A program made the position numbers and the translations under genes. Positions 36,444 to 45,760 of a stretch of DNA of 64,000 nt are shown in pieces. Under the pieces are notes generated by a model, which was given only the letters and a program-made list of their open reading frames with translations, made no database searches and was not told the DNA's origin. Origin of the DNA: Burkholderiales bacterium (lineage in GTDB: Bacteria; Pseudomonadota; Gammaproteobacteria; Burkholderiales; SG8-41); contig JALHRQ010000016.1 of the NCBI GenBank assembly GCA_022841375.1, positions 2,166 to 66,165 of the forward strand. Reading direction: 5' to 3'. Each line of letters begins with the position of its first letter. The first letter of the stretch is position 1.

Positions 36444-37667
36444 TCAGCGATGGATTTCGAGACTGCGGTGTGCCGACCAGATGTACCACAATCCAATGGC
36501 CGCCGGAACGGACAATAACGCAAACGTCAGCGTGTAATCACCGGTCAGCAGAAAAACGTTGGCGCAGGCGATGGGACCGATAGCCTTGCCGGTATTGACA
36601 TACACCAGCGCGCCGCCGGTCAAAGGGCTGATTTGTTCGCGCGGCGCGATGCGCGCGATTTCCGCCAGGAAGGCACCGTTCCAGCCGCTGGCGGTGGAAC
36701 CCATTACAAAAAACAGCGCGCATGCCCCCACCATCGGCCATTGCGGCGTCAATGCAATGCATACCAGCGAAGAGACCACCATCACCACGCCGAGGATGAC
36801 CATGGATGCGAATGCATTGCCAAGACGATCCGCCATCCATCCCCAGAACAGGCGCCCGGCGACGCCACCGACCTGCGCCGCCGTCAGCACAAATCCCGCT
36901 GCAATCAGATCCCAGCCCAGTTCTTCGTTGAACAGGATTACGGTAAATGTGGAAATGCCGAACTGCACGACCACAAAGCAGCCGCCGCAGATCGACAACC
37001 CGCGCAACGCCGGATGGCGCCAGATGGCCACGACCCCGCTGAAGGGATTGCCGCCGATCGGCGCCTTGGGATCGCGGTCTGCATCCCAGTACGGTCGGGC
37101 TCGCCCCATGATCATCACCAGAATGAGCAGCGCCAGAGAATTTCCGGCAATTGCCCACTGCCAGCCGAAGTGCACCGCAACCGCAGGCGTGATCAGCGCG
37201 GCGCCAATGCCGCCGATCGGGACGCCGGTCTGCTTCAGTGAAAAAATCAGGTTGCGGCGGTCCGCCGGCGTGAAGCGCAGCAGCAGGTTTGAAGCCGAAG
37301 GGGTCAGTGCGCCATAGCCGAGGCCCAGCGCAATCGACGCGAGAAAGAAAAACGCAACATGCGGCAGGATCGCGATCAACCCACCGGCGGCCACCAGCGA
37401 CAGGCCGATCTGCTGCATACGGGTCGAGCCCCAGCGGCTGTTGAATTTGCTGCCGAAGGCCAGCGAAACAATCATCGCGCAGGCCAGCATGCTGATCTGA
37501 TAACCGACCAGCGCCGAGGAAATGCCGTAAGTCTGCGCAACCTTGGGCGCGACAGCGGGAATCATTGTCGTGCCCATGGTGCCGATGCTCTGCCCGGCGA
37601 GCAGAACACTCATCAGAAATGTGAACGACGGCTGGCTTTTATCGCCGACAGGCGCGCTGACGCTCAC
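36444..37667 (-). CDS. MFS transporter, fourth member of the same paralogue family as 9760-13402
   Basis: This is ORF 36444..37715 with the motif LLLRFTPADRRNLIFSLKQTGVPIGG. The start is proposed at GTG 37667, which overlaps the upstream stop as GTGA (37664-37667). ATG 37715 is the alternative. Confidence 0.78.
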   Translation of the reverse strand: MSVSAPVGDKSQPSFTFLMSVLLAGQSIGTMGTTMIPAVAPKVAQTYGISSALVGYQISMLACAMIVSLAFGSKFNSRWGSTRMQQIGLSLVAAGGLIAILPHVAFFFLASIALGLGYGALTPSASNLLLRFTPADRRNLIFSLKQTGVPIGGIGAALITPAVAVHFGWQWAIAGNSLALLILVMIMGRARPYWDADRDPKAPIGGNPFSGVVAIWRHPALRGLSICGGCFVVVQFGISTFTVILFNEELGWDLIAAGFVLTAAQVGGVAGRLFWGWMADRLGNAFASMVILGVVMVVSSLVCIALTPQWPMVGACALFFVMGSTASGWNGAFLAEIARIAPREQISPLTGGALVYVNTGKAIGPIACANVFLLTGDYTLTFALLSVPAAIGLWYIWSAHRSLEIHR

Positions 37668-38257
37668 CGGGCGACCGCTTGCGGAACCGTCCACAGATAG
37701 ATGATCGAAGACCAAGTACCGGTGATGTCGTATTTCTCGTTCAACTCCAGACTGACGCTTCGATCCGGCTTCCAGTTGCCGAAATCGAAATCGTGGGAGA
37801 CGATGCGCGTACCCGGTTTCAGTTCGCGCAGCAGTTTGGCGCGCAACTCTTGCATCATCGCCGGCAGCAGGTACAGGGTAACCACCGTGGCCTCGCGCAC
37901 ATCCGCCTTGAGCACGTCTTGTTCAACAAAACTGACCTGCTGATCCAGCCCGAGTTTGCGTGCGGCCGCATTGCTGCGGGCGACCAGTTCACGATCGATG
38001 TCATAGCCGCGACCGCGCGCGCCATGCTTCTGTGCCGCAGTGATGACAATGCGGCCGTCACCGGAACCCAGATCAATGACGAAATCACTGCTGGTGACGC
38101 CGGCCACGCGCAGCATTTCCTCGACCACGCGCGGGGGCGTCGGCACATACGGTCCGCCGGTCAGTGCGACGTCCGCCGCCTGCGCCACTGCCGCACTGGC
38201 GATCAGCGCCGCCAGTCCGCTGCGAAGGGCAAACAAAAATACTTTAAAATCAATCAC
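37664..38257 (-). CDS. class I SAM-dependent methyltransferase with N-terminal signal/anchor sequence
   Basis: 197 aa with a GTG start. The hydrophobic N-terminus is FLFALRSGLAALIASAAVAQA. It is followed by YVPTPPRVVEEMLRVAGVTSSDFVIDLGSGDGRIVITAA (SAM motif I) and RIVSHDFDFGNWKP. Confidence 0.75.
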   Translation of the reverse strand: MIDFKVFLFALRSGLAALIASAAVAQAADVALTGGPYVPTPPRVVEEMLRVAGVTSSDFVIDLGSGDGRIVITAAQKHGARGRGYDIDRELVARSNAAARKLGLDQQVSFVEQDVLKADVREATVVTLYLLPAMMQELRAKLLRELKPGTRIVSHDFDFGNWKPDRSVSLELNEKYDITGTWSSIIYLWTVPQAVAR

Positions 38258-38263
38258 TTATAT

Positions 38264-39787
38264 CTAGTCTATGGTTTTATCCAGACCCACGCTGGAACGC
38301 CAGTCTTTACTCTTGAAAATCAGCGGCTTCAGCGCCAGACCCAGCAGGATCAGACCCATCACCAACATCGTCACCGCAATCGGCCGTTGCACAAATATGG
38401 CGTAATCGCCTCCGCTCATCGCCAGTGACTGGCGCAGCGACAACTCAAGCATCGGCCCGAGCACCAGACCCAGCGCCACCGGCGCGAGGTCGTAACCGAA
38501 TTTGCGCAGCACATAACCGACGCCGCCCATCACCAGCATGATCCACACGTCCATCGTGCTGTTGCTGACTGAATAGCAGCCGAGAATGCAGAACGCCAGG
38601 ATGCAGGGGTAGAGATAAGCATACGGAATCCGCAGCAAATTCACGAACAGGCCGACCATCGGCAGATTCAGCACCAGCAGCACGACGTTGCCGACGTACA
38701 TGCTGGCAACAAAGCCCCAGAACAGGTCGGGCTGCTGCTGAATCAGCATCGGACCCGGCAGGATGCCGTGCACCATGATCGCCGCAAGCATCACCGCGGT
38801 AACCGGGCCGGTCGGTATGCCCAGCGCCAGCATCGGCACAAACGCGCCCGTGGCCGCAGCGTTATTGGCCGACTCCGGACCCGCAACACCTTCAATCGCG
38901 CCGTTGCCGAAACGCTCCGGATGTTTCGACAACCGGCGTTCAATGCCGTACGACACGAACGACGAAATGATATGCGCCGAACCCGGAATGATGCCGATCA
39001 TGAAACCGAGCAGGCTGCCGCGCATGATCGGACCAACCGACAGTTTGAGATCGGCTTTCGTCGGTATCAGCTGGCGCAGTGTCGGCTGCTGCACTTTGGG
39101 CGGATCAACCTGTCCCGCGGTCAGCAGGATTTCAGAGATGCCGAAAAGGCCCACCGCCACCGGCACGATGCCGACGCCGTCGCCGAGCTCGACGATATCG
39201 AAACTGAAGCGCGTGTAGCCGCTCATCACGTCAATGCCGATCATGCCCAGCAGCAGGCCCAGCACGGCCATCGCCAGCGTCTTCAGCATCGAGCCGCCGC
39301 TCATATAGGCCAGCACGAACAACCCCATCAGCAGCAGCGCGGTGTATTCCGGCGGACCGAAGCGCAGCGCAAACGACGCCAGCGTCGGCGCCATCAGCAT
39401 CAGACCGATGACACCGAAAGTACCGGCAAAAAACGAACCGATCGCGGCAATCGCCAAGGCCGGGCCGGCGCGCCCCTGCTGGGTCATCGCATAACCGTCG
39501 ACGCAGGTCATCACCGAAGCCGCTTCGCCGGGGATACGCATCAGAATCGATGTCGTGGAGCCGCCGTACATCGCGCCGTAATAAACACCGGCGAGCAGCA
39601 CGATGGCGATGATCGGATTGAGCCCGAACGTCGCCGGCAGCAGCAGGCTGATCCCCGCCAGCGGCCCCAGTCCCGGCATCATGCCGACCAGCGTGCCGAT
39701 GATGCAGCCAAAAAAAGCGTACATCAGCACTTCCGGCTGGAACGCCACCGAAAAACCCATCATCAGGCTGTTGAACGTTTCACCCAT
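38264..39787 (-). CDS. tctA: tripartite tricarboxylate transporter large permease TctA
   Basis: 507 aa and polytopic. The TctA-like N-terminus is [31 protein letters not shown]. It sits in a tctC-tctB-tctA arrangement. Confidence 0.88.
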   Translation of the reverse strand: MGETFNSLMMGFSVAFQPEVLMYAFFGCIIGTLVGMMPGLGPLAGISLLLPATFGLNPIIAIVLLAGVYYGAMYGGSTTSILMRIPGEAASVMTCVDGYAMTQQGRAGPALAIAAIGSFFAGTFGVIGLMLMAPTLASFALRFGPPEYTALLLMGLFVLAYMSGGSMLKTLAMAVLGLLLGMIGIDVMSGYTRFSFDIVELGDGVGIVPVAVGLFGISEILLTAGQVDPPKVQQPTLRQLIPTKADLKLSVGPIMRGSLLGFMIGIIPGSAHIISSFVSYGIERRLSKHPERFGNGAIEGVAGPESANNAAATGAFVPMLALGIPTGPVTAVMLAAIMVHGILPGPMLIQQQPDLFWGFVASMYVGNVVLLVLNLPMVGLFVNLLRIPYAYLYPCILAFCILGCYSVSNSTMDVWIMLVMGGVGYVLRKFGYDLAPVALGLVLGPMLELSLRQSLAMSGGDYAIFVQRPIAVTMLVMGLILLGLALKPLIFKSKDWRSSVGLDKTID

Positions 39788-40269
39788 CAGAAGCCCCAGG
39801 GACCGCGTGGCAGCGGTACTTTCAACAAAACGCCGATGACATAAAACGAGGCCAGGCTGAAACCGGCGGATACCATCACCACCGTCAGCGGATGCTTGCG
39901 CTCGATGACACCGAGGAAAAACACCAGGAATGCGGCGGTGGTCAGCCGGTAACCAATACGCTCCAGCGCAAAGGTGGCGGCCACACAGGCCCCCATGATG
40001 ATCAGTGCGCGGGTCGCCTCCGGCCAGGCGGTATCGGCTAACGACTGCGAGCGAGCCCCCATTACCGCCACCAGCAGCCCGATGCCGCCCAAAGTGCAGG
40101 CCAGCAGCAGCGGCACATAACCCGGCCCCGGATCGGCCAGTGTGCCGACCGGAAATTCGCGATTGAACCAGACCACCACCAGCGCGATGGCGATCAGCAC
40201 AACGCCCGAAATCTGGTCGCTGCGCAAACCGCCCTTCACCTGCACATCTGCATCCTTTGCTTCAATCAT
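39787..40269 (-). CDS. tctB: tripartite tricarboxylate transporter small permease TctB
   Basis: 160 aa with 4 predicted TM helices. It lies between tctC and tctA and shares 1 nt with the tctA start. Confidence 0.75.
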   Translation of the reverse strand: MIEAKDADVQVKGGLRSDQISGVVLIAIALVVVWFNREFPVGTLADPGPGYVPLLLACTLGGIGLLVAVMGARSQSLADTAWPEATRALIIMGACVAATFALERIGYRLTTAAFLVFFLGVIERKHPLTVVMVSAGFSLASFYVIGVLLKVPLPRGPWGF

Positions 40270-40272
40270 GAA

Positions 40273-41250
40273 TTACGGTCCCACCTTGCCAACCACTTTG
40301 ACCACTGCTGCCAGACGTTTGGCGTCGGCATCGACGTATTTCGCGAAGTCCGGCGCGTCTAGATAGTTGATCGGGGAATTCACCTTCGCCATCTGGTTCT
40401 TGAATTCGGGATCATTCACCGCCTGGCGCACACCGTCACGTAAAACCTTGATTACAGATTCGGGTGTGGCCACCGGCGCAAACAGCCCGGCCCAGATGTA
40501 ATAAACGATATCGTAGCCCTGCTCCTTGAAAGTCGGCACCTCTTTGTAATTCGGGTGCCGCTCCGCACCCCAGGTCACGATGGGGCGCAGCTTGCCGGCC
40601 TTGACATGGGAAGTAATTGCCGCCGGGCCACCCGCGCTCATGGTGACATGGCCGCCGAGCAATTGCGTCAGCGCCGGGCCGCCGCCGGTAGTCGGCACAT
40701 GGCGCATTTTCAGTTGGGCGGCATGCAAAAACATTTCCATCGGCATGTGCAGCGCACCGTAAACACCGGAAGTTGAATACGACAGTTCACCGGGCTGCTT
40801 GCGTGACAGCGCAATGACTTCCTTCAGGGTTTTCACCGGTAGCGACGGATGCACGACCAGGATCACCGGATCTGCGGAGATCAGCGCAATCGGCGCCAGC
40901 TGATCCAGCGTGTAGGCCGGCTTGCGGTTGAACAGCTTGTCAGCCTCGGGAATCACAGTAATGCTCGACAGCGCCATCAGCAGCGTATATCCATCGGGCT
41001 TGGCATTGGCTACCGCGGCATTGCCAATCGCACCGCCCGCGCCGGGGCGATTCGAAATCGACACCGGCTGCTTGAATACTTTTTCCAGCGCAATCGCCGT
41101 CGGGCGGCCGGTAACGTCGGCCACGCCGCCCGGCGGAAACGGCACCACCATTGATATCGCACGGCCCGGAAAAGTTTCCTGAGCCTGTACGGCAACACAT
41201 GCCACTGCGGCCATGACTGCAAACACGCTGCGTTTCACGATGTTTTTCAT
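40273..41250 (-). CDS. tctC: Bug/TctC substrate-binding protein of the only complete tctCBA set in the window
   Basis: This is ORF 40273..41337 trimmed to ATG 41250 (MKNIVKRSVFAVMAAVACVAVQAQETFPGRAISMVVPFPPGGVADVTGR). Confidence 0.85.
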   Translation of the reverse strand: MKNIVKRSVFAVMAAVACVAVQAQETFPGRAISMVVPFPPGGVADVTGRPTAIALEKVFKQPVSISNRPGAGGAIGNAAVANAKPDGYTLLMALSSITVIPEADKLFNRKPAYTLDQLAPIALISADPVILVVHPSLPVKTLKEVIALSRKQPGELSYSTSGVYGALHMPMEMFLHAAQLKMRHVPTTGGGPALTQLLGGHVTMSAGGPAAITSHVKAGKLRPIVTWGAERHPNYKEVPTFKEQGYDIVYYIWAGLFAPVATPESVIKVLRDGVRQAVNDPEFKNQMAKVNSPINYLDAPDFAKYVDADAKRLAAVVKVVGKVGP

Positions 41251-41285
41251 ATTGTCATCCTCCTCGTCATTGAACCTGCAACGGA

Positions 41286-42236
41286 TCAGGCAGCGATCAC
41301 CCGATTGACCAGACGTCCCACACCCTTGATTTCGCAAACCACTTCGTCGCCCGGCTGCAGATAACCTGTAGCCGTCACCACGTCCTTGCGCATCGGCTTC
41401 CTGCCGCCGAGCTCCGTATCACTGCCCCAGGCGGTGCCGCCGGGCGTGCCGGTCGAAATGATCACACCGGGCTGCAGTGTGACAAATGTCGAAAAAAATT
41501 CGACCAGCTGTGCGCAGGTCCAGATCATCTTGCCGGTGGTATTGCTCTGGCGCAGCTCACCGTTCACATAAGTGCGCAGTTCCAGCGCCTGCGGATCACG
41601 GATTTCGTCGGCAGTGACAATCGCCGGACCGATCGGCGCGCAGGTGTCGAAATTTTTTCCAGGGCCGAGGTTGTAAACCGATGAACCGTCCGGACGCAGC
41701 GTGACCTGGCGGTCGCGCGCGGTGACGTCGTTCATCACCGAATAACCGTAGATATGCTGATGCGCGCGAGCCGCCGGGATATGCCGGCCGGGCTTGCCGA
41801 TGATGATCAGCATTTCGGTTTCGTAATCGAGCTTGTTGGTCACCCGTTCATCACGCACGATATCGTCACCGTGGCCGATGACCCCCAGCCCGGTTTTCAG
41901 GAAAAACTCCGGATCCTTGCGCGTGACTTCGGGTTTTTCTTCGCGATGATCCCAGTAGTTCTCACCGCTGCACAGGATCAGCGACGGTGCGATCGGCGCG
42001 CGCAGCCGGGTTTTGGCCAGCGGCGTGCGCGCTGCAGTCCCAGCGCCCATCACCGCAGCGCGGGTTGCAGCCAGCCCGGCATCCCCCGCCGCGATCAACA
42101 GGGTCATGTCGGAAAAAGCCGCCAGCATGCCGGGGGCGGTGCCGTAGGGCGCCGCATCCAGCAAATCAACCACATCGTTGCCATCCAGCGCGCCGAGCCG
42201 CAGCGCGCCATTGCGTTCGTAACGGACGAATTGCAT
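41286..42236 (-). CDS. fumarylacetoacetate hydrolase (FAH) family protein
   Basis: 316 aa with the motif YETEMLIIIGKPGRHIPAARAHQHIYGYSVMNDVTARD. The start shares 1 nt with the upstream stop (TGATG). Confidence 0.85.
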   Translation of the reverse strand: MQFVRYERNGALRLGALDGNDVVDLLDAAPYGTAPGMLAAFSDMTLLIAAGDAGLAATRAAVMGAGTAARTPLAKTRLRAPIAPSLILCSGENYWDHREEKPEVTRKDPEFFLKTGLGVIGHGDDIVRDERVTNKLDYETEMLIIIGKPGRHIPAARAHQHIYGYSVMNDVTARDRQVTLRPDGSSVYNLGPGKNFDTCAPIGPAIVTADEIRDPQALELRTYVNGELRQSNTTGKMIWTCAQLVEFFSTFVTLQPGVIISTGTPGGTAWGSDTELGGRKPMRKDVVTATGYLQPGDEVVCEIKGVGRLVNRVIAA

Positions 42237-43132
42237 CAGGACACCGGATTTTCCAGCGTGCCGATCGGCTCGATGGTGATGGCGACATGGTCGCCGGGTT
42301 TGAGGTATTTCGGCGGATTGAAGCCGATGCCGACGCCGGCGCAGGTGCCAGTGGCGATCAGGTCGCCCGGCTCCAGCGTCATCACCCGCGACAGATCCTC
42401 GATCAGTCGCGGAATATCGAAAATCAACTGACTGACAAAGGCGCTCTGCCGCACCTCGCCATTAACCTTGGTGATCAGCTTGAGCTGGGTCACATCCTTG
42501 ATTTCGTCGGAGGTGACGATGCACGGTCCCATAGGGCAAAAACCGTCAAGGCTCTTGCCCAGGAACCACTGCTTGTGGCGGTTCTGCAGCGTGCGCGCGG
42601 TGACGTCGTTGATGATGGTGTAACCGTAGACATGTTTGTAGGCGTTTTTCTGAGAGATATTGCGGCCGCCCTCGCCGATGACCACCGTCAGTTCGCCTTC
42701 GTAGTCGACAGAATTGGTGTAGTCGTTGGCGCTGGGGATGGGTTCACCGGTCGCAATCACCGAATTCGGCCATTTGGTGAACATGATCGGCACGTCCGGA
42801 ATCGCATCCTTGCCGGCGCTCGCGTCAAAGCCACTGTTGTGAAACTCCCTGGCGTGGTCGTGATAATTCTTGCCGACGCAGAGGATGTTTTTTGCCGGGC
42901 GGGGAAACGGCGCCAGCAGCTTTACGCTGCCTGCAGGAATCCGGCCCTCGCCGCTTTTCACTGCCTTGCGCGCACGCGACAGGCCTTTTTTGCCCAGCGC
43001 AACAAACGCCGTCATTTCCTTGGGCAGCCGCGTCGATGCCGACAGATCGATGATGGTGTTCGATTCCTGATCATGCACGCCGATACGCGCTCCCCGGGCA
43101 TCGGAAAAAGTAACCAAACGCATTCCGTTCAC
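42236..43132 (-). CDS. fumarylacetoacetate hydrolase (FAH) family protein (tandem paralogue)
   Basis: 298 aa with the motif YEGELTVVIGEGGRNISQKNAYKHVYGYTIINDVTART. Confidence 0.85.
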   Translation of the reverse strand: MNGMRLVTFSDARGARIGVHDQESNTIIDLSASTRLPKEMTAFVALGKKGLSRARKAVKSGEGRIPAGSVKLLAPFPRPAKNILCVGKNYHDHAREFHNSGFDASAGKDAIPDVPIMFTKWPNSVIATGEPIPSANDYTNSVDYEGELTVVIGEGGRNISQKNAYKHVYGYTIINDVTARTLQNRHKQWFLGKSLDGFCPMGPCIVTSDEIKDVTQLKLITKVNGEVRQSAFVSQLIFDIPRLIEDLSRVMTLEPGDLIATGTCAGVGIGFNPPKYLKPGDHVAITIEPIGTLENPVS

Positions 43133-43188
43133 TCCTCGTTTGAAAAAATAAAATCCGCCATCGCCGGGACGGCGGAATCAGCTCACCG

Positions 43189-44163
43189 TCAGTCGGGCTT
43201 GGCGCCGGAGACTTTGACCACATGCGCCCACTTGGCGATGTCCTGGTTCAGATACTTTTCAAACTCCGCCACTGACATCACCATCGCCTCGGCGCCCTGC
43301 TTTTGCCAGTTGGCGGCGGTATCTGCGCGCGTGGTGATTTTGCCGATCTCCCCGTTCAGGCGATCGAGGATGGGCCGCGGGGTCTGCGCCGGCGCCATCA
43401 CACCGAGCCAGATCGTCGCCTCATAACCTTTGACGCCCGCCTCCGCAACCGTCGGCAGTTCCGGTGTGACCTTGGAGCGTTTCTGCCCCGTCGTGGCCAG
43501 CGCGCGCACCTTGCCTGCGCGGGCATGCGTGGTCATTGTCGTCACCGCATCGAACATCATTTCGACCTGGCCGCTCAGTACACTGGTACGCGCCTCGCCG
43601 CTGCCTTTGTGCGGCACATGCACGATATCGGCCTTGATCAACGATTTGAAATATTCGCCGGCCATGTGATACGGCGTGCCGTTGCCCGAGGACGCATAGT
43701 TGAGCCCCTTGTCCTTGGCTTTGGCGAGTTTGACCAGTTCGCCGACGCTGCGCACCGGAAGCGAGGGGTGGACAACCAGGATCAGGTCGGAATAATTGAT
43801 CGGTGCCACCGGCGCAAAATCCTTCATCAGCGTGAAGGGCTTTTTAGGGATCAGCGATTCGTTGACGGTGTGCGTGTTCGACATCAGCAGCAGCGTGTAG
43901 CCGTCGGCCGGCGACTTGGCGACAACATCGGTGCCGATGATCGAACCGGCGCCGGGACGGTTTTCGATGATGACGTTCTGCCCCAGCGGCTGCTGCAGTT
44001 GCTGGGCGAGGAACCGCGCGTAAACGTCTGCAGGACCGCCTGCACCGAAAGGCACGATGACACGCACCGGTTTCACCGGGTAACTTTGGGCCTGCACCAG
44101 GCCGGCCAGGGCCGCCACAACTGTCAATGCAACACCACGCCACGCCATTTGCAGGACACGCAT
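43189..44163 (-). CDS. Bug/TctC-family substrate-binding protein
   Basis: This is ORF 43189..44385 trimmed to ATG 44163, which has GAGGAG 6 nt upstream. The sequence is MRVLQMAWRGVALTVVAALAGLVQAQSYPVKPVRVIVPFGAGGPADVYAR. Confidence 0.85.
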   Translation of the reverse strand: MRVLQMAWRGVALTVVAALAGLVQAQSYPVKPVRVIVPFGAGGPADVYARFLAQQLQQPLGQNVIIENRPGAGSIIGTDVVAKSPADGYTLLLMSNTHTVNESLIPKKPFTLMKDFAPVAPINYSDLILVVHPSLPVRSVGELVKLAKAKDKGLNYASSGNGTPYHMAGEYFKSLIKADIVHVPHKGSGEARTSVLSGQVEMMFDAVTTMTTHARAGKVRALATTGQKRSKVTPELPTVAEAGVKGYEATIWLGVMAPAQTPRPILDRLNGEIGKITTRADTAANWQKQGAEAMVMSVAEFEKYLNQDIAKWAHVVKVSGAKPD

Positions 44164-44434
44164 AATCATCTCCTCACGGGTTCGAACAGGACCTGGAATG
44201 CACGCGCTGCGGCAAGCGCCGGCGATGCACGATTTATTGCACATATTGTAACCCAGCAGATGCCTGGCACCCCGATCCCAAAAGGGTTTAAAACGACATT
44301 TGGCGGCGGCCCGGCGTTGCCGGACGACCCTTCTGCTAGACTCGAATGCGAACCACGGAAAATCGGATTTCCGCAGTGAATTCAAACCTTGTCAGCGCTA
44401 CCCGCCGCAACCGGTGCAGCGCGGTGGCGAAAAC

Positions 44435-45751
44435 ATGAGCGTGCCTGCTCCCCATCCGCACTGGCTAACCCGGATCGTTGCTGTGCGGCCCGAAGAAGTT
44501 CGCGCGCTGCTGTGGTCTTTCGCCTATTTTTTCTTTCTGCTGGCGGCTTATTACGTACTGCGCCCGGTGCGCGACGAAATGGGCATCGCCGGCGGCGTCA
44601 AAAATCTGCCCTGGCTGTTCACCGCCACTTTCATCGTCATGCTCGCCGTGGTGCCGGTGTTTGGCGCCATGGTCGCACGCATCCCGCGCCGCCGTTTCAT
44701 TCCACTGGTCTATCATTTTTTTGTCGCCAACATCCTGATCTTCTGGCTGCTGCTGACTTTCAAAGTGGCGATGGCGGATACCGCAAAAATGTTTTTTGTG
44801 TGGATCAGCGTATTCAATCTGTTTGCGGTATCGGTATTCTGGTCGTTCATGTCCGACCTCTATGCGTCGGAACAGGGTAAACGCCTGTTCGGCTTCATCG
44901 CCGCCGGCGGCTCCGCCGGCGCGCTGCTCGGCCCCTCCATCGCGGTATGGCTGGCTGAACCCATCGGCCGCGCCAATTTGCTGCTGATCGCGGCGCTGCT
45001 GCTGGAATTTGCGGTGATATGCGCAATGCGCCTCGAATCCGCCGCGACCACGCTGAAAGACGGCAGCGCCGTGGCTGCAGCAAGCGTCGGCCAGTGCGAA
45101 TCCGTGCTCGGCGGCAGTTGGATCGCCGGACTGGCGATGGTGGCGCGCTCCCCCTATCTCGCGGGCATCGCGCTTTGGGTGGCCCTGTTGTCGCTGTCCG
45201 GAACCTTCCTGTATTTCCAGCAGGCCAACATCGTCGCCGCCCTGACCGACGACCCCAACAAACGCACCGCGCTGTTTGCGCAAATCGATCTTGCGGTGAG
45301 CCTGCTCACCATCGTCGTGCAGTTCCTCGCCACCGGCAAGCTGATCCGCCGTTTCGGCGCCGGCCCTGCCGCCGCGTTCCTGCCGTTGGTGTTTGCGCTG
45401 GGTTTTCTGACGCTGGCGCTGACGCCGATGCTGTGGGTGGTCATTGCCTTCCAGGCGACGCAGCGCGCCGCCAACTTCGCCATCTCCAACCCGGCGCGCG
45501 AAGTGCTGTTCACCGTGGTCGATCGCGAAGAAAAATACAAGGCCAAATACGTGATCGATAACGTGGTATTCCGCGGCGGCGATGCCGCCAGCGGCTGGCT
45601 GTTCCATGCGCTGCGCGGCCTCGGCATGGAACTCCATGCGATCGCGGCAGCCACAGTGCCGGTGGCCATCGGCTGGCTGGTACTGGCGCTGACGCTGGGC
45701 CGCAGCCACGAAAAACGTACAGCTGACACTCCACAACACAAATCACAATAA
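44435..45751 (+). CDS. MFS-fold transporter resembling the ATP/ADP (nucleotide) translocase Tlc/NTT family
   Basis: This is ORF 44300..45751 trimmed to ATG 44435. The N-terminal pattern FFFLLAAYYVLRPVRDEMGIAGGVKNLPWLFTATFIVMLAVVPVFG matches the Tlc-type L..Y..LR..KD signature as I remember it. It has about 12 TM helices. Confidence 0.5.
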   Translation: MSVPAPHPHWLTRIVAVRPEEVRALLWSFAYFFFLLAAYYVLRPVRDEMGIAGGVKNLPWLFTATFIVMLAVVPVFGAMVARIPRRRFIPLVYHFFVANILIFWLLLTFKVAMADTAKMFFVWISVFNLFAVSVFWSFMSDLYASEQGKRLFGFIAAGGSAGALLGPSIAVWLAEPIGRANLLLIAALLLEFAVICAMRLESAATTLKDGSAVAAASVGQCESVLGGSWIAGLAMVARSPYLAGIALWVALLSLSGTFLYFQQANIVAALTDDPNKRTALFAQIDLAVSLLTIVVQFLATGKLIRRFGAGPAAAFLPLVFALGFLTLALTPMLWVVIAFQATQRAANFAISNPAREVLFTVVDREEKYKAKYVIDNVVFRGGDAASGWLFHALRGLGMELHAIAAATVPVAIGWLVLALTLGRSHEKRTADTPQHKSQ

Positions 45752-45760
45752 GATAAAATA

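Noticed and set aside
38768-45739. ORFs 38768..39844 (+), 41987..43426 (+), 43303..44379 (+) and 44465..45739 (-)
   Set aside because: They are antisense to the tctA, FAH, Bug and Tlc-like genes. They are extremely Arg/His/Gln/Asp-rich and non-protein-like, so I treat them as shadow ORFs.
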